Positions 60,517 through 64,000 of a DNA stretch of 64,000 bases are shown in pieces. The stretch's first letter is position 1. Each line of letters opens with the position of its first letter. This DNA comes from Gammaproteobacteria bacterium (GTDB taxonomy: Bacteria; Pseudomonadota; Gammaproteobacteria; Eutrophobiales; Eutrophobiaceae), in contig CBDCTH010000012.1 of assembly GCA_965222155.1 (NCBI GenBank), positions 1,280,001-1,344,000 of the forward strand, read 5' to 3'. Both the position numbers and the translations under genes were made by a program. Below the pieces are notes generated by a model. The model was not told the origin of the DNA. It searched no databases and saw nothing but the letters and a program-made list of their open reading frames with translations.

Positions 60517-61227
60517 GTGATGGACATCGCAGTCTTCGTGACGATCTGGAGCATTGCAATGAGCCCGGCGGATCTGCATGGCCGCCTGCTGGGTGAACCC
60601 CTCGACTTCCTGATGAGCGTCGGCGACGTGAAGGCTGTCGAGGTTTATCTGCCCGAACCGGGTAATGTGCCGTTAATGGACGACGTACCGGCACCTGCGC
60701 TGATCGTGCAGATCGATCTGGACTCGCCTGCTGCCGCTGCCGCCCTGGTCGGGTCGGGTGAATTCAAGCGGTTGTTCACGAATGCAGAGTCTTATCCGGC
60801 CCCGGTCGAGAAGATCAATCTCGAGACCCTTGAGGTCGTCCACTACGACCTGCCCGGTCACGAATCTCCGCTGCCCCGGACCGCACCCCTGTCCTTCGTG
60901 GTGCGCTATTACGGTCCGGTGGCCGACGCGGCTGACTTCATCGACTTCTACACGAAGAACCACCCGCCGCTGCTGGCAAAATTTCCCGGCATCCGCAACG
61001 TGCTGTGCTATCTGCCGCTGAACTGGCAATCGATGAAGGAGATTATGGACGACTATATGTTCCTGGGCAACGAAGTAGTCTTCGACGATCTGGACGCACT
61101 CAACCAGGCCCTGGCCTCGGACGTAATGCCGGAGGTGCAAGCAGACGGCGAACACTTTACCGCATACGGCTACAACACCCACCATGCCATGCAGCGGCGT
61201 CGGGTTTACGCCCGCGGCGACCGATAG
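60517..61227 (+). CDS. EthD-like (dimeric alpha/beta barrel) protein
   Basis: F.DFY..NHPPLLAKFPGIR...EVVFDDLDALNQALAS. Confidence 0.65.
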   Translation: MMDIAVFVTIWSIAMSPADLHGRLLGEPLDFLMSVGDVKAVEVYLPEPGNVPLMDDVPAPALIVQIDLDSPAAAAALVGSGEFKRLFTNAESYPAPVEKINLETLEVVHYDLPGHESPLPRTAPLSFVVRYYGPVADAADFIDFYTKNHPPLLAKFPGIRNVLCYLPLNWQSMKEIMDDYMFLGNEVVFDDLDALNQALASDVMPEVQADGEHFTAYGYNTHHAMQRRRVYARGDR

Positions 61228-61262
61228 AACCGCCACAACGCGCCGTCAAACCAGCAAACTGA

Positions 61263-63837
61263 TTATCTCTCTTTTGCAAGCACCACTTCCTCTCTCACCA
61301 TAGCTTCTATCAACTCCGCTTCCTCTGCCGTGATATCGCCATTGCCAACATGCTGATCGAGTATCCGTCTCAAATCAGTAGGAGTGAGCCTGTCTTGCCG
61401 AATCAACAACTCAAACAGCATTTGCGCAGTCAGGTTCGCGGATGTGGACGAAGCACCGGAATAAACACTCACCGCTAACTGACTGTCTTCGCTCCCTGTA
61501 ACCGACTGGATCTCCTCAGGCGCCGGTGAAGCTACATTTGACACATCATCCTCTCCCACTATAGGGTCACTATCCTGGAGCTCTGATCTGATTTCTTCCA
61601 GGACGGGCATATGTGCTGCGCTCCTGTTCCTGCGCGCACGATGATACTGATGAAGCACATACACAACTGGAGCACCAACCCCGATAAGACCGGCCAGCCA
61701 GGGAAATATTTGAATAGCGAATAACTGACCGAAGGTCAGGTTCTCCTCGCCTGCCTCTATCCTTTCCAGGTATTCCGTCAGATTGAAACCAGCAGGCGGT
61801 CCCCCACAGACGTTCGCCACGGCCAGCGGCCAGAAACATGCCCCCCCTTGGCCAAACCCGGTGGAAAGGGGTCCGATAATATTCGCGGAAATCTGTCCGA
61901 GTGTCAGAGTGAGGGACAGGATATTGATAATTACATTACGTAAAGAGCCCAAGGCAATAACCATTGTCCGGAGCAGCCGGTTGGGGATTGCGCGAAACTG
62001 TCTCAGCCATGGAATCAGATTTTGTTCATTCACTCTTTTATTGACGAAATGTACAAATAATGATGCTGATATAAGCTGGATGAGCATGCCTATGGCAGTA
62101 TAGCCGACGACAGCAGCTGCAGCCTGAGTAGGAGTCAAATTGTCATCTTCAATAGCGTTTTGAAAGACCAGATAAATAGCGACCTCGGCGTTTGTAAGAA
62201 ATGATGCAATGTAGGTAATTACATTACCAAAATGGGTGTACAACATGGAAATGAATAATCCTGAGCGGGTTTCACTCCAACCCAGCCTGTCCTGCAAAAT
62301 TCGTCTGGATATCTGGGGGGAAAAGGTAAACTGACCCAGATAAATGAAGATGTCCATAATTACCCTGATTATAATGGTAGCAATACGGGCAGGGTTCCAG
62401 GGTTGAAGCCATAAACTTGGGGACAGGCTGCCCTGTGTAACTGAAGCTTGCAAGTAGGCAGAAATGCCGGTTGCCCCGATCATTTCAGGAAGGGATACGT
62501 TCCAGTCTATACCCCTGGGTGGTCCCTTCGGCAGGTCATCAGAAGTGACCCGCGCACGGTCTTCCACCGACGGGGGATGATTCCTGAAATAGCAATTCAG
62601 TAACTATGTTGCGGGTTTACCAAAAAAAATGTCACACAGTAACATGATACATCTGGATATACCGCCAAGAAGGTTGGTTAAGAGATCCAGGGGCAGACCC
62701 ACGCCAATTATCGAGGATCCTAGCATTATGGTTGCCAACAAATTCCCTAACCCGGGCAGACTTAATGTGCCGTGATCTGCCGTTTGTATGTGGTCGACAC
62801 GGTTCGTGTAGGCGTTATGGAGAGCTAATACGGCCGGGAAATAATTTGCCATGAACTCATCAGGATCATTCTCGAATTCAGAATCCGAATCTGAATCCAA
62901 ATCCGAACCAAGAATTTCATCAGGTAAACCGGGTGCTTCGTCCTCAATGATCACCCCCATGTGTTGGATTTCGATGCTGCTTTCAGAAGGCGCTGAAAGA
63001 TCCGAATTTCCAACGAGATTGATCATTTCCAAGGAAGCCGTTTCCAGAGCAGGCATGCCATGCTCGTATTCGTTCTCCGGCTTGTCGTCCTTATTGTTTT
63101 TATCCTTCTTTCCCTTCATCTGCACGGGTGCAGTGTCACAAACGGAAGCAGCTTTGACCTGCGTGGGTTCGGCGGCTACCTGATCTAACAAGGGTTGCGC
63201 GGACTCGCCACTCAACACCGCTTGTGCGACCGCATCCGCCTGTTGTTCATATTGATCCCCTGCCACTCCGATTCCGTCCGGTAACGGCATCCTGTCTCCT
63301 AAGGCCGCCTGCTGCACCCCGTGGGCAGCTTCATGGGCCTGGGTATACAAATTCGGGGAACCCGCTATTGCCATCCGTCCTCCACACGTATACGCCTCTG
63401 CCTCTAAGGCTTCCAGCGCCAACCCTGCAACAGGCCCGGTATGCTCGCGCATCCCCCGGATATCATGGCGGCCAAAGGCCTGTTGCAGGGCATCCAGGTG
63501 AGTCAGGGGCCGGCCCGGATCCTGCAGTCCCTGTGTCGCAATCTCATGGGTCTTCCTATCCAGACCTTCCGCGTACAGTTGCCCGGCCCAGTGCAGGAAG
63601 GCGCGATTACCCAACTGCCGCCTCCCCCCGCATCGATACTGTCCATGAATTGCAGCGGCGAGCTACCCATTTTTATCCCTCTGCAGCTACCGTGTGCAGG
63701 GCAGCGTCTGTATCGTTAGCACCAGTCGGATCAGCTCCACATATGGCACCCTGGTTACCCTGGCTTGCCAAGGTTTGGTTAACCCCACGCCCAGAGTCTT
63801 GCCCAGCTTGTTTCGGGTAGATTGTAGTCTTGTTCAT
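61263..63837 (-). pseudogene. DUF4157 (eCIS core) domain protein with hydrophobic C-terminal region, interrupted
   Basis: AHEAAHGVQQ...YEQQADAVAQAV...APVQ motif; ORFs 62604-63614 and 61263-62567 are in frame across one TAG; frameshifted 5' part from ATG 63837. Confidence 0.6.
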
Positions 63838-64000
63838 ATCAGATAATTAGTTGTTTATGTGTTATTTATTCCCGAGGTGATATATGAATTTACGACTGAA
63901 AAGCGGAACCAGAACAGCAGTAAATAAAACGAGTTTGAATGCCAGAAACAATGAGAGTGCGGGAACGACTAAATTTTGTACCACTGCCCCGGGAAACAAC

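Overview
A gammaproteobacterial-type chromosomal locus (yccA next to tRNA-Ser(TGA)) followed by a large accessory/defence island. Two systems stand out. (1) A complete diversity-generating retroelement (avd 33168-33521, RT 33525-34607, template repeat 34596-34714). It diversifies three paralogous transmembrane receptor-like Ser/Thr kinases whose C-terminal FGE-sulfatase/C-type-lectin-fold domains carry the variable repeats. Two of these genes bracket an operon of FHA proteins, a PP2C phosphatase, a pseudo-protease co-receptor and a MotA/ExbB + ExbD/MotB-like pair, which looks like a hypervariable-receptor phosphosignalling system. (2) A tandem array of terminal-inverted-repeat elements inserted right after the tRNA CCA end. 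They are separated by copies of the last 10 nt of the tRNA and are associated with an unusual Zn-ribbon DDE-like transposase instead of an integrase. The window also holds a nested IS5/group II intron, a ~300-bp MITE-like repeat (6 copies), an ISNCY-like IS, many toxin-antitoxin modules, a type I R-M system with a DUF262/DUF1524 insert, a multicopper oxidase with a CutF-like leader, a PQQ dehydrogenase and a decayed DUF4157 protein. All calls come from reading motifs and aligning by eye; no database search was run.
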